A stretch of DNA of 63,938 nt, counting the filler, from Dugesia japonica (lineage: Eukaryota): the NCBI GenBank assembly GCA_001938525.1. It is 6 parts of 6 records of this genome, joined end to end, with 100 filler letters (N's around TTAATTAATTAA, not from the genome) between each part and the next. Parts side by side here need not be neighbours in the genome. Positions count along the whole stretch, not along the records: positions 21,281 to 34,644 come from MQRL01574149.1; positions 34,745 to 43,489 come from MQRL01583156.1; 4 more parts are not named here. One strand, 5' to 3'. Under the pieces are notes generated by a model, which made no database searches, had not been told where the DNA came from, and saw only the letters and a program-made list of their open reading frames with translations. Below, piece by piece: positions 24,801 to 37,946 of this stretch. Within the stretch, counting starts at the first letter, position 1. Every line of letters begins with the position of its first letter. Both the position numbers and the translations under genes were made by a program.

Positions 24801-27800
24801 AAAATTCTCAGTGCAACAGTTAAGTTTAAAAATTTCACACATTCTGTTTTATTTGATATATTACGTAAGTTGATATGGTTCATTTATTCCTTTCTATTCT
24901 GTCCAGTGCGAGATACAAATAAGTTCATCACAAAGTGGCATTGCATGTGTTAATATTCTTTCAAGATTTCGGCATTTTCTCAGTAAATATTTTTGAAGTT
25001 TTTTGAAAGACCGTTGATGTAATAAAAATACAAAATTAGAGTTGTACTCGTTTAGCTTATTAAACCGCTCTGCTACAGACTAGATAACTGTATCCAAAAC
25101 AGCAAAGAAGAAATTGGTTTTGAAAAAGTCCTGTGGATTGACCACTGGTTCGTCTGGTGACTCGTAATCAAATAAACGTTTCTTTTTTCAAACTCTTATT
25201 TCTTTTGTTGCTAGAAAAGTTGCGTCGTTCAAATAAATTTCACTGGTTAATTCTTTGGCATCAGTTAATGTTTCCAAGAAGCCCTCATTAGAACGCCAAA
25301 TACGAAAAAGGCATCAGTTTTGTTTAGTTATTTGGCTGCTTCTGATATATCAAGTGTTACACCTTGCCTCATTTTGCTTGTCACGTTAACTTCATAAAGT
25401 ACTTTGTACCATATTACTACCACTATTAGAAATTTAATGTCCAAAGGTTTTCCAGCAATTTCTTGAGCTTCTACTTGGGTTTTTGTGCTATTAACATCTT
25501 TCAAGCTTGTTTCCTCTGCAAGTGAAACTAATGCATCGTAAACTGGATCAAGCTCATAGTGCAAAACACGAAGAGATCTAATTCTTGATTCATACCTGGT
25601 TTCACTTAGTAATTTAAGTGTGAATGATTGTGATGGCAAGTGTTTCAAAATAACATCCAACTTGTGTGTAGATCCCGCAAAAAATACATATATACTTTGA
25701 ACAATATCAAACAAGTTTACTGTTTCAATGCAACATTTAGCAGCATCGTTTACAGCTACATTAAGAGTATGTGCAGTGCATGGCATGAAGATTAATAATC
25801 CATTAAGAAGCAAACCATGTTTGTCTAGTGTTTTACTCAAAATATCAGCTATAGTTGCACCTGCTGTATTTTGTAATTGAAGAGTTTCTAAAAATTGTTC
25901 GACACATCTACTCTTCCTTCATGTTTATCATCTTTTTCTAACGTTATTACAAATCGAATAATCAGTATCATCTGCTCAACATGACCTGCATCCTAGGTAC
26001 CGTACAATGTGATTGAGATATACTTAGCTTTTTCAGCATCATTGAGTATGATGTTTTGAACCTGTGTTTCCAGTAAATTGATAAGTTCATTTTGGAAATT
26101 TTTCCCTATATAGTGAATACACTTTAAACTGATGACTCACTCTGAATGTGTCTAAGATAATCTTTCATAACCGGGTCAAAAGTGAAAATGTATTCTACAA
26201 ACTTTAAAGCATTGCCATTGTTTATATTGTATAATTTGTTTGATGCACAAAGAAATGTTAAATTTTGAGCGACATGTGTCCTTACNAAACCAATGAGTCT
26301 TTCGAGAATATATCTCCAGTGTCGGATTTCTTGTATCATAAGATGCTGGTTAACCTCGTCAAAACATTGATTTCCTGTAAAACATGCTTGCATTTCTTTC
26401 TATTGCAAATATGTATTCATGTAATGCGGTGATTTTTCATGTGAAGATAAAATTTTGGACAAGTTTTTCCAATAACTACAACCACTAGTCAAAATGCAGG
26501 ATCACGAAAATGGATGAATGGTTGATTTTCATCTGTAAAACTTACTCCTTTTGGAACTGGTTCTTCGTGGAAGCTATTGTCTTTAATGTTGTCTCTGTTA
26601 ATAAATCAAAAAATAACGAAAAAGATTCATTTTAACTAAACAAAAATTAGAAAAATTCACAATTAGATAAATTTCTTAATCGTTGTCAGTTTCTGAAGAT
26701 ACACGCAGAAGTACTATGGCAGGAGAGGGCAATCTTTTTTCTATACGGGCCGCATCATCAATTTAAATCAATGTCACGGGTCATGCATGCAAATATTTCG
26801 AATAAAAGGTTGTACATCAGTGATATTACATCTACTATACTATACTAAATAACGTTAAAAATTTAATATAGCACTGTTAAATTGTAATTTTGCAGCCAGT
26901 ATTTTGGAGAAGATCTTTATGGGTCGCGGACCACATGTAACATATTTGATTTAAGTGGAACTTGAATATCGCTTTCATTACTAAAAGTTGCCACTTCATT
27001 GTAATCAGCTACTACTGCTGGCAATTGCTTTGTTACATCACGAAACGCGATAATTGGCTGTATATTCATACACACGTAAATCTATTTTCTTTATAAACAT
27101 TATTGTTTTGAATCGCATTACATCAATTCCCATCTCCTAAAAGAACAAATAAATAATTTTTTGGAATAGCGCAAAGTAAAATTCACGTCAAACAGAATTA
27201 AGCGTATTTGAATTTTCTTTAAACCACATGTTCACAAATCCTCCTAGTTTAAAATATGCTTCCTCGCTGAAGATCACTTTTTTGAAAAATGTTTCATTTT
27301 CATACATATTTTTAATGGCTTTTTTACTGAATTAACGGCGTATTTCAAAGTCTTTCAGCTTTATTTGTTGAGTTATTTGAATCTTGAATGCCTAAAAATG
27401 AAGATCTTCATGCAAAATTCTGAATAACGTCGTTCTTGGAATGGATAGTTGTTGTGAACGACGACGGATTGACGTTTTTGGTTTCTCACTCACACTACAG
27501 CTTACAGATGCAATATTTGTTTCCGAGCGACCAATTTTATGATATTCTTGACGTCGTTCATCTTTTATCGAGCTTCTTTTTAAAAAATTGTTTGATAACA
27601 TCTTGAATTGTCACATGTGACGGACAACTTTCTCTTCAATATTCAGACTTAAATTTTCTGCGAGCTTCGGCATAACTTTCGCCGTATTTAAAATAATTTT
27701 TTACCAAAAATACTCTTTGTTCAATGGTATAACGATTCATTTTTAAAAACCGCATGAATTACTATTGCTTATTCAACAATTNNNNNNNNNAAATACTCTT

Positions 27801-30800
27801 TGTTCAATGGTATAACGATTCATTTTTAAAAACCGCATGAATTACTATTGCTTATTCAACAATTATTGATTTAATAAAACAAAACAGAAATAAATGAAAT
27901 TATATTTAAAATGTAACCTTAAATTGGAACACCTTGTATGCATTTTCATTGACTTTAGACTTACATACTTTTTTTAAATTTGTGATTGTGACATACAAAT
28001 AATAACAAATAAATTTATATTTGTAATAAAAAAATTTATATTTTGGAATAATCCTGTAATGTTTCTTATACAGATAATACATATAAGTTTAATACCTGAT
28101 TTTTAATGTAAAGTAAAAATATTGATTTTATAATGAGTGTACAATTTTGGCTGTTTGTCACTGTATATTCAAATTAATTTAATAAGTCTTAAGAAAATCT
28201 TTACTTTACGTAAAGATTTTCTTAAGACTTATTAAATTAATTTTTTTGAACTGATTCTCAAAGAAAAATATCAATAAGAATTTTAAAAAATTTACTTTAT
28301 CAGATTTGGTAGACATTTTTGGCTTGGTTGTTGATGTTGATATTTTCATTTGCGGCGAAATATTTGTAGTAGTTAATGACTGAAATTCCTCTTGAAATAA
28401 GCAATAATTTATAGAACATGTGGAATTAATTGGATTGTAACCACTGATCACAGGCTCAGCCATTTCTCCCTTTACAAAACAAATAAATAATAATTGTTGC
28501 ATAAACTATAAAAATCATTAATTAATTAAATAATTATAAAGATATCATCGAAATAAAATTAAATAAGGGGCTATATATAACACAAAATAGCGCAACCTTG
28601 CACTTTAATGAAACCATACAATTTTATTTAAAGTTTAATTAAGTTTAATTTAAAAGATTTAAAGATGAGTGAAACATTGGAAAAAATTTTTGTAGTCTAT
28701 GGTAATGATAATTTACCAAAATCAACAACCAAATGATGGTTTAGTTGTTTTCGTTCTAGAAATTTTGATATCGTAGATGTCCCTCGCACTAGTCAACCAG
28801 TCACCGAAAAGCTTAAACAAAATATGGAAAAGGGTGAACTAGACCAATAAGCAAGTAGCCATAACATTGCCAAAGAACNACATGGTCATCATCAAAATTT
28901 TTTAAACATTTGAAGAAAACCTTCTACTAAAAGAAACTCGATGCTTGAGTGCCACATGATTTATCGAAAAAGAACTCATTTGATTGAATCGCCATCTAAT
29001 AATGTCTAATAAAACATAATAAANNNNNNNNNNNNNNNNNNNNNNNNNNNNNNNNNNNNNNNNNNNNNNNNNNNNNNNNNNNNNNNNNNNNNNNNNNNNN
29101 NNNNNNNNNNNNNGATGACATTCCACAAATAATGCCAAAGCCCCGATTAACTCTAATAAAGGTCATACTATCTATCTGGTAAGATTTCTAGGATATTGTG
29201 CATTATGAGGTTTTCCTGTCTCTTAAAACAATTAACTAAAACTTTCACTATCAATAATTATCAAGATTGGAACTAGCATTTCAAAAAGAGTGATCAGAAT
29301 TGATGAACAGAAAAGTTTTCTTTTTGCATCACAACAGCGCCAGATCACATGCATCTGTAACTACCTAGCAAAAGTTGAGATAACTTGAATGGAAAGTTTT
29401 GATGCATGAATCTTATAGTCCAGAACTTGCATCTTCGGTCTCTGCAGAACTCTTTTCATAATGTGAAATTCGATTCAAAAGAGGCCTAATAAAACCACTA
29501 ATCGATTTCTTTGGGAAGAAACCACAGAAGTGATGACATTATAGCGTACCAAGAAAAATGATAGAAGGTCATCAAACAAAATTGCACACAGTTGCTTTAG
29601 TATTGTTTTTTATCAATATAATAAATATTATTTTTAATTTTCCACATATTTAACAAAGAAAATTATTTTTATTTTCATTATTATATAAAGTTCAACTTGT
29701 GGGTATCGTCAAATTCTTAATAATAATAAAATCGAATCGATTGGTAGCAAGAGAAGGAGGAATATCACTTGATTGGAGATCTTTCTTAATAAAATGCTAG
29801 AATAAATTCGGATATTTCGTAGAAAACAGCAATTCAATTATTTATAACAGACTTCGTCGTTTATCCATCCAATTATGAAGAACATTGCTGTAATTATCTT
29901 TTTCTAATTTTTTATAAATTGATCAATTTTTTTGCAGAGACTATAAAAAAATAATTTATTTAAACGTGGTGTTTAGGGCAATATAAAATGTTACATATAA
30001 TAAAATACAAATATGTGGTCTTTGTTTGTTTAAACAGACATGAATGTTCAAAATTCTTGAGTGTTCGCTAATGTAATTTGAATAAAATCGTCAATAAGAA
30101 ATGAATTTATGAGATATATGAAACATCACTACATTGTACAATTAAAATTTCATTTAATTATTTTACAAAAAAGAAATATTAAGATATTCAATACCAGAGT
30201 CGCATATAAGCAACGTTTTATTTCTTTTTTGTGAGATTAGCATAAGAAATATGCAAAGTGCCTATTATATTAGTTTATGTCAATGTTTTGCACTCACTTT
30301 TCGCCGAAACAGGTGAAATGAGCTAAAAAACAAGAATAAATGTAAGATTTCATTGGTTTAGAAATTGTATATTTTTAATTTCAATGTTATAAGTAAGGAG
30401 TAACAGTTATTGTATTCACTTTGTTTATAAAATTCTCGGGAATTTGAGTTGATGTAGAGCAGTATGGCTAGACCTCAAGTTTTATCTCGTCCCAGAAAGA
30501 AATTACATTTACTAAATGATGCTTCATGATGCTTTGTACCTGCATATCCAGAGATTAAACTGAAAAAACAGTTCTTACACTTGATAGAAGCTATCATTAA
30601 AAATATCTTTTCAAAAATGCTAGAGGCGAAAACCCAATGACAAATTAGGTGTTACTTAGAGCATTAATTGTTTAAATCTCAACGAAAGTCAAACCTGCTT
30701 ATGGTGGCTAGTAGGACTTTAAAAGCTTTTAACCACTTCGATCAAAGAGAAATGCAGATCACTCCATTAGACTAATCCTCATTTGAAGGCATCTTATCCG

Positions 30801-32481
30801 AGATCAAACTTTGATCATAGTTAGGACTGCCAGAAACAAAAGCGCTCAAACCACTCAACTCAAATGTGAAGTAAGATTTTCGTTTGATCATCAGAGTAAC
30901 TTCTGATTTATATTGGGTTTGATTTCATATACTAAGACAAATTTTCCTGGGCTGTGGTAAAAGAGTTTCTTGTGAGGCTTCGGTAACGAACGTGTTAACA
31001 TAGTAAAAACCCATATCAAATTATAATAATATTTCTAACTAAACTTAATAATTTAATATTACTATTATAATAAAATAGAAATATTTTATTTAATTATTTA
31101 CCACGTAAAATAATATACAAAATACTGATTATTTTTAATGATTTAATAAAATAAAATTCCATTGTAATAAATTATTTTAAACTAGTTCTGGCCAACACGC
31201 GACCCGCTGTAAATTCTTTATGAAACTATAATTTTTTTTGTAAAAAAATTTTAATAAATGAAAATTGATGTGTTTCTTTGATATAATGCACAAATTTAAA
31301 TAGATGATTTAAATGCAATGTCTTATTGCGATCTGATTCTGAACGCTAATAGTGAGAAAGCATCATGTTTTTTCTTAATTTATTTTAGTTATGTTCTGCA
31401 GCACGGTAGTATTAATTTTGATCGATCAGGTTTGTTTTTGGCATTCTGTCATGCTCACTTTTTATCTTATTTTCTTTCAAGAAATTTTAAAAAATTTTCA
31501 TGTTAAGATATTTTTTTTAATGTAAATAAATTTAAAAATATATATTGATATAATTTTTTCTTTTAAAAAAATAATAAAAAATTTTTTTTCATTTCGGTTA
31601 TTTATTACTTATTAAATTTTTAAAAAAAACATTTTTATTTAAAGTGCGGCCAGTTATAATGTTACAAAATAAAAAGATGGCCCATGAAGACATTTAGGTT
31701 AGCCAGGCCTGTTTTAAACACATATTGCTTACATTTTTAAGATAAATTCGAAAAATTGCTTTTTACCTGAAATGAGTTAATTTCTTCATTATTATTCATC
31801 AAGTACAACTTATTGATATCTTTCCATTTCGCAAAACCATTATTATGGTATTCTTGATAAGATTTACAATTGTGATTTAATGATATTTTGTCCATATTGA
31901 TTATAATTATTAATTTATTCCATCTGAAAAAACAAACAAATATAATTTTCATTTATTTTCTATTAAGCCTATTTTACTTTAATTTATTTATTTTAACAGT
32001 TTTAAATGGATATTCCATATCATTTTGCGAATCTTTTATTTTAATGATCAAATATTTTTGTATGATTATGTTTAATTTAATTTCTTCTGATTCTATTGAA
32101 AAAATCAATCCATTCAAATCCATTTCTGGTTTAATATAAAATTCAAGTTGTAATCCTAAAAATAAAATAATAAATAATTAAAACAAAAGAAAAATAACCT
32201 TCATTGAAATCTATAATAGATAAATCAATCGTTTGATAAACGTATTCGTTTATTTGTAAATCGGGATTTAAGCGAAATATTTCCAGAAATCTATTTTCAC
32301 ATTTAAAATATTGAACTTTGAATTGTTTTAATAATTCCTCTGTGAGAATATTGTAAGATTTCTTATCTTTCGTTAAATCAGCGATTCGTTCATTAGTAAA
32401 ACAAATATTGAAAATACAATTTCTATTGTTGAGATTGGTTTGTTTTGTTAAAGAAATTATTTTCATTTCACTTATTTTTGA
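21670..32481 (-). CDS. Multi-exon extracellular protein: LamG/TSPN-like repeat, mucin-like T/S/P linker, two more LamG/TSPN-like repeats (3' end missing)
   Basis: Nine phase-compatible GT-AG exons with no stops: 32481-32199, 32155-31978, 31923-31767, 28469-28296, 23704-23047, 23005-22798, 22405-22252, 22210-21931, 21868-21670. Repeats read G-x-x-L-E-F-Y...K-W-x-K-L-x-I-x-I-x4-I-S-L-x2-N-C...F-x-G, like TSPN/LamG. Confidence 0.8.
21931..22210 (-). CDS. LamG/mucin gene exon H
   Basis: After a 41-nt intron; GFITNIFISALSVETDKNECSILNC...NTIT. Confidence 0.78.
22252..22405 (-). CDS. LamG/mucin gene exon G
   Basis: WTKLSIKISLMEISLTVNCNY...FHFS; paralogous to exon C. Confidence 0.8.
22798..23005 (-). 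CDS. LamG/mucin gene exon F
   Basis: After a 41-nt intron; GFILEFYLFITPENF...NLPVSK. Confidence 0.78.
23047..23704 (-). CDS. LamG/mucin gene exon E (mucin-like tandem repeats; contains an N gap)
   Basis: About 57-nt repeats encoding TTSPTPTKTTTPIQSFSVS; phase 0 to phase 1. Confidence 0.8.
24272..26600 (-). mobile_element. hAT DNA transposon relic (ZMYM1-like transposase) inside an intron
   Basis: TIR-like CAGAGCCGTCCCTAGG at 24272; TTF-type finger GCSYWKNLSKILSSHEKSPH, PCTAHTLNVAVND, LKLLSETRYESR, dimerisation LRILLTLPVTVGIR. Confidence 0.88.
26720..26948 (+). mobile_element. Short non-autonomous hAT (Charlie-like) element
   Basis: CAGGAGAGGGCAATCTTTTTT...CGGGCCGCAT start and CGCGGACCACATG near the end. 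Confidence 0.45.
27180..27940 (-). mobile_element. Tc1/mariner-superfamily transposase relic (DUF4817-type HTH)
   Basis: TIR-like TACAAGGTGTTCCAATTTAAG at ~27938; MNRYTIEQRVFLVKNYFK, PKTSIRRRSQQLSIPRTTLFRILHEDLH, KVIFSEEAYF. Confidence 0.85.
28296..28469 (-). CDS. LamG/mucin gene exon D
   Basis: Phase 0-0, 58 codons; GEMAEPVISGYNPINSTCSINYC...KSDK. Confidence 0.75.
28560..29600 (+). mobile_element. mariner (Mos1-like) transposon relic
   Basis: WFSCFRSRNFDIVDVPRTSQP, *VPHDL, LHHNSARSH, SYSPELA. Confidence 0.85.
30450..31000 (+). mobile_element. Possible decayed LINE (CR1/L2-like) RT C-terminal fragment
   Basis: GC-elevated and stop-riddled; weak resemblance only (LGVT...RTLKAF...PHL). Confidence 0.25.
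31183..31711 (+). mobile_element. Non-autonomous hAT element with perfect 8-bp TSD
   Basis: Ends TAGTTCTGGCCAAC and GTTAGCCAGGCCTG; TTTTAAAC on both sides (31175-31182 and 31712-31719). Confidence 0.85.
31767..31923 (-). CDS. LamG/mucin gene exon C
   Basis: After a 54-nt intron; WNKLIIIINMDKISLNHNCKSYQ...NSFQ. Confidence 0.8.
31978..32155 (-). CDS. LamG/mucin gene exon B
   Basis: After a 43-nt intron; GLQLEFYIKPEMDLNGLIFSIES...KINKLK. Confidence 0.78.
32199..32481 (-). CDS. LamG/mucin gene exon A
   Basis: tttaag|TCA...GAA G|gttatt; an in-frame ATG lies at 32466. Confidence 0.7.
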
Positions 32482-34089
32482 CTTAAAATATTTAAGATTA
32501 AAAAATATTTTTTTAAAATTTTAACAAATAAATAATGGATTTTTAGAAAGAAATTTTTTGTCATGTTATTCATATAAATTGGCATTGAGGCATAATTACC
32601 TATGTTTTGTTAGTCTTGAATATTAACATTATTTTTACTAATAAAAAAAATCTTTTTTGTATTTCCAAATTATATTTATTTAAACAATAATTCTACAAAA
32701 TAAATTCCAATTTAGTTCTGAAAACTGAATATTAGTTTACCAATATTAAAATAAAATTTATTACAAAGAAATACAATACAACGAATAGATGTACTGGAAT
32801 TATGTACTAAATACTAATTAAACGTTATTAATAAGGTACTTGAGTATAATAACACTTTTAAAATTACAATTATTGTGAGAATAATTGTTGGACTTAACCA
32901 TTAATCGCATTTGAGATTTCATTAAAATAAAAAGACTTTGATCAAAATAACAATTATTTGTAAAAAGGTTCAAATTTTCGACAAAAGTCTTCTTCGGGAA
33001 CACACAATAACACTTTCACAATAACACTGTTCATTTAACATTCAACAAATATTTAATCTGCAATGTTAAAAATATTTTTACACTCAATTAAATAAATTAT
33101 AATTCAAAACTAAATTAACATACACCAAAATACATTTACAGCTGTTCCTATCTAGCTATTTAAAATTTCTGTAATAGAAATTTCTTTAATTTTCAAAAAA
33201 ATCTCTAACATTTCAAATCCTACGTAATTTCTGCGATACCTCTTTAAAATCATTAGTTTGATAAAACACAAAATTTTCTCAATTTATTCTAAATATAATA
33301 TCTCAAACAGANNNNNNNNNNNNNNNNNNNNNNNNNNNNNNNNNNNNNNNAATATCATATAATAGAGTAACATGAAACTGTTTTAATGTTTTGTATCCAT
33401 AATAATGTGGCATAAAAAAATAAATAATTAATTTAGTTTTATTTTGAAAAACAAATGAAATTAATTTAAAAATTGGTGATCAATTGAAATAATGTTTTAG
33501 TACTTTTTTAATGTTAAAAACTATACAATGTTTTTAATAAATATCAAATATGTTATCGATAAGGTTTTTTTTATAAAAATTCATTCTGCTTTAATTTTTA
33601 ATAATGAGGGAAAAAACCATAATAGATGTACATTTACAATTATTTCTAAATGAATTGTTGAACTTCAATTTCACAATAACTAAAGATCCTATAAAAATAT
33701 TTAATATTTAATTTATTATTCCAAATTTTCAATAAAAAATAGCGAATGATGCATTTTATTTGGTGGCAAAATCTACTGTTTATAACTAAGTATTAGTGAA
33801 TTTTTTTAAAAAAAAAACAATACATATTTTATATAGAAAAAAAACTTTTAAGAGTAAGATGTTGCCCATTTTTACCGATGATTTTTAGACTTCTTTCAGA
33901 CAGTATCATAATTCACATTATTTTTTATCGAAAACTAATTTTTACAATTACAATCATTGCGAAAATAATGGACAAAAAGTCAATTCCTGAATGAAGACAA
34001 ATTCGAAAATTCAAAATAGTATAAAAAAGCATTTGATCGAAGCTTTTATTTAAATGAAATCTCAAAATCTAACTTCTTAATAATTTTAA

Positions 34090-34620
34090 ATATTTTACCA
34101 TTAAAAAAATTTGCTTGGAACAAAAGAATTGGTAATCCGATGGTGTTATGTCTGGAATACATAGTGCATGTAGCCATACATCTCAGCTTATCTCCAAAAC
34201 ATTTGTCAAGTAGTCAAATATGTGTGTTGGTTATCGTTGTCGTGGTGAACGACGAAAGTTCTATGATTTTTCAATCTTGGTAACATTTCTTAGATGACTG
34301 TTACTTAATTTGTTTAATTTATGAATATAAACATCTTATTTGATTGTTTGATTCCTTAATATATTAATTGATATACAAATTGATATCATAACCTTTTTTT
34401 AATTGGTTTCAGCTTTGAACGTTATTTGTGTTCATTAATCATGTTTAAATCACGATCTTTTTCGATTTCCATTGTTAAAAGTAATCCACTTTTCATCTCC
34501 AGTTATCAATAGTTACAGAAAAGGATCATTTTTGTTTTGTTTTATTAACAAATTGCAGATGCTTATGCATTGCGTTATGTTAATTATTTTATTTTTAGAA
34601 GGAATCCATAAATCAAGTTT
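34090..34620 (-). mobile_element. mariner transposase relic
   Basis: Minus-strand fragments resembling FL..LITGDEKWI and FVHHDNDNQH...LCIPDIT. Confidence 0.65.
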
Positions 34621-35003
34621 TTTTAACTTATTCAGTTTTAAAACNNNNNNNNNNNNNNNNNNNNNNNNNNNNNNNNNNNNNNNNNNNNTTAATTAATTAA
34701 NNNNNNNNNNNNNNNNNNNNNNNNNNNNNNNNNNNNNNNNNNNNTTATTATTGAAGCAATTTTATATTTGTTATTTGAAATTAATTATGAATGAAAATCA
34801 TGATAATAAATATGAATCCGCTAATATTGTGGCAGCATTCAACACGGACTCCATAACAGACCGGTTGATGCCCAGTAGTATTTGGGAAAATCTATTAGGA
34901 AATGCTNNNNNNNNNNNNNAAGTAAAAGGAATCACTAATAAGAGAGAGCACGAACGACTGGTTACTTGCATGAGAGAAGATATGCTGGAAAAAATGTAGA
35001 AAC

Positions 35004-35210
35004 ATTAGAAATTAATTCAGATCTCTTTTCAAAAAATGGCTGTCTTAATTTATTATATTTTTGTTCGATTTTTAAAATTTCTTCACTGGCTTGTTCGTTC
35101 AACAAATCAACTTCATTTTTGAATTTCTTAATTTGTTCAATGATTTCACCCATATTAAAATTAACTCCACCATTTAATTTGACATCTTGAATTTTTGTAT
35201 CAGAAGCCAT
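35004..35210 (-). CDS. SET: SET/TAF-I (NAP family) histone chaperone, N-terminal exon only
   Basis: [32 protein letters not shown] closely matches the animal SET dimerisation helix ([31 protein letters not shown]). The downstream IPNFW exon was not found. Confidence 0.85.
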
Positions 35211-35929
35211 TTAACTCTTTTCTCAAAAAATCTTAAATTTTAATAATATAATAAATAAATAATAATATAATTGAATTATTTATAAATTAATAAATATGTA
35301 ATGTAAATAATGTTTAATAATCATTTAATTAAAATACAAATTTAGCAATGAACCAATCAAAGTCCCAGAGTTTAATGTTAATTTTCAAATGACTAACTGA
35401 ATAAATTAGAAAATGTGATAATTAATTAATATATGTTTTAATAAATTTCTTTCCTAATATGGTGGTGAAATTTTCTTGCTAATGAATTAGGATTTTTTTC
35501 AAATTTATCTAATTTTTTGATAATCTTGACATTTCCTTACTATGTTCTGTTTTTCATGCTACAAAAATTCATTATTAGTCTCCATAATTTCTAAAAATTA
35601 AATCATCAAAAAATACCCAAGAAAAAAATGTTCTAAATTTTTCTACAAAAAAATTGATACATGCATTGCATTTGTTGATATTTCAATAAAAATTCAAAAA
35701 AAAATTTCTTATTTGTTTTATGATTTATTCTTGATGATAATATCAATATTTATATTAAAATTAATAAACACAAATTGAAATTCTTTTTTATACTGATAAA
35801 AAAAATTTTATAAAAATATCTTGAAGACTGATTGACAAAATAAAAAATTGATAATTTCATTTAAATATATTAAAACAGTAAAATCTGACACAAAAAATAA
35901 TAAAATAAAAATTATGTTATTTCTTATGT

Positions 35930-36580
35930 GAACCGATGCCTCCGAGCATTCGATTGAGAAATGTACGCGATCGTCTTTTTGTTGAATTTATTTCTTTACA
36001 TAACATTCGAAATACGTCTCGAACTTGATCCACACTTGTTGACACACTGATTTCAGCGAAAAGGAAAGTATTTTCACTGATGAAATGTTCAACTAAATGA
36101 AAATCATTTTCAGAAATAAATTAAAAATAATAAAAAAATCTTAAAATTAAAGAGATACAAAATTTGAGATACGATCTCATAATACTCTCTCTATATTTGC
36201 CTGACTTGTTTCATCAGACTTTCATCAATTCCCAAGAAAGAAAGCATTTTTCCAGAGAAAAAGACGTTCATTAGTCGAAGAATATTTTGTAAGTCTTGTG
36301 AAAAATCACTTTCGGGATTGTATAATGAACTTGGAACATCGTTGGCAAAACTGCATTAATCTTAAAGGAGATTTTGTAGAAAAACAAATACCTACTCCAT
36401 CCCATAAAAAGTGGATTTTTAAAAAAATTAAAAAACCAAGAAACAAATGTCAAGTAGAAATAAAACAATTTATCTAAATTAAAATTAAATTTATTAAATC
36501 CACTTTTTATGGGATGGAGTAAGCATATTTTTCTTAAAATAAAATTTTTTTTCCTGGAACTTTTCAAACCACCAGCGTAC
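35930..36580 (+). mobile_element. mariner relic (3' part) carrying a nested MITE
   Basis: YSLYLPDL, IV**TWNIVG / RWQNCINLKGDFVE C-terminus; TIR-like GGAACTTTTCAAACCACC near 36556. Confidence 0.6.
36395..36519. mobile_element. 125-bp Tc1/mariner-type MITE with perfect 24-bp TIRs and TA TSD
   Basis: TA|CTCCATCCCATAAAAAGTGGATTT ... AAATCCACTTTTTATGGGATGGAG|TA. Confidence 0.9.
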
Positions 36581-36782
36581 TTTCAATTTTAGTTTATTAA
36601 TTAATTATTAATTAATTGGAACTTTGTAATTAATTTCAATTTAAGATTGTTTTTTAATACATATATATATATATAAATATATGAAAAATAAATGTATACA
36701 AAAAGGGAAACTATTTTGTTTTAATTAACATGCTATAAATGGCCACCATTGTTCTGCGCATTAATCACAGCGCATGAGATGA

Positions 36783-37200
36783 AGTAGGTAGATAGTATCG
36801 CATAAGCTCACGCTTTACCCTGCGGGGAAACTGAGCTAAAATATACTGGTCTGCACTTTGAACTGGTTTAAATATAAAGTGTTATGTATTTTGACCTGGT
36901 TATGTATACTCGATTGTGATTAATCGAAATTTATGTTGCTATATATAAATGGCTATATATACTCGATTGTAATTGATTAAATTAAGCGCGCGACTTTTAA
37001 TTAAAAACTTAAATTTAATTGAATTTTTAGTTTTAATGAACTGAAATTAATTAAATTTTGTGTTTTAATTCATCAAGTTTTAAGGTTTTATAAGTCATAC
37101 AAAAACGGTTATAGTATTGTTGGATGCGTAATGACGTGTCAAATCTCATGGTGCAATCAAGGTGATAGTGAAAAGTTAATTATGATCAAAGAATGAAAAG
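36783..37200 (+). mobile_element. AGTAGGTAGATA-family terminus
   Basis: AGTAGGTAGATAGTATCGCAT, then a CCC..GGGG box; the internal GATGCGTAATGACGTG motif is shared with the 58502 copy. Confidence 0.5.
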
Positions 37201-37946
37201 TTGACCCACCTTTAATTTTGATCGGATCAACTCGATTGTGGTACCATTCAGATGAAAATTAAAAAGTACCTAAAAATACCTATACCTATACCTAAAGGCT
37301 CTTTATCGTAAAATGTTTTGTTCTTACCTGCACGATGTTCAATATAGAAAAAAGACTTTTTGAAATTAAATTTAAAACGAGTAGATACATGCTAATACAA
37401 CTGTCTTGGTACCATTTAACTGGAAATTAAAAACTACCAATACATTACCTAAATGACTTTGGACGTAAAATGCTTTGTTCTCAAAATAAATGATGTAGCG
37501 CACTGAACCAATATAATGATAATATTTATATATATAATGAGATAATATTATATAAAAAATAATATTAAATAAAAGCTTCGATCNNNNNNNNNNNNNNNNN
37601 NNNNNNNNNNNNNNNNNNNNNNNNNNNNNNNNNGGATCAACTCGATTGTGGTACCATTCAGATGAAAATTAAAAAGTACCTAAAAATACCTATACCTATA
37701 CCTAAAGTAGATACATGCTAATACAACTGTCTTGGTACCATTTAACTGGAAATTAAAAACTACCAATATATTACCTAAATGACTTTGGACGTAAAATGCT
37801 TTGTTCTCAAAATAAATGATGTAGCGCACTGAACAAATATAATGATAATATTTATATATATAATGAGATAATATTATATAAAAAATAATATTAAATAAAA
37901 GCTTCGATCAAATTTTTAAAAAGTTTAAGAACAATTTAATTCCGAT

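Noticed and set aside
24264-26956. ATTTAAGC / ATTTAAGT as the TSD of one large hAT element
   Set aside because: The right end belongs to a different hAT MITE with a non-matching TIR, and hAT target sites commonly resemble this sequence.
27711-27864. Exact ~70-nt direct repeat
   Set aside because: Flanks a 9-N gap; probably an unmerged contig overlap.
37224-37910. Near-identical duplication either side of the 37584-37633 gap
   Set aside because: Probably an assembly or allelic overlap (one copy lacks ~85 nt); not treated as biological.
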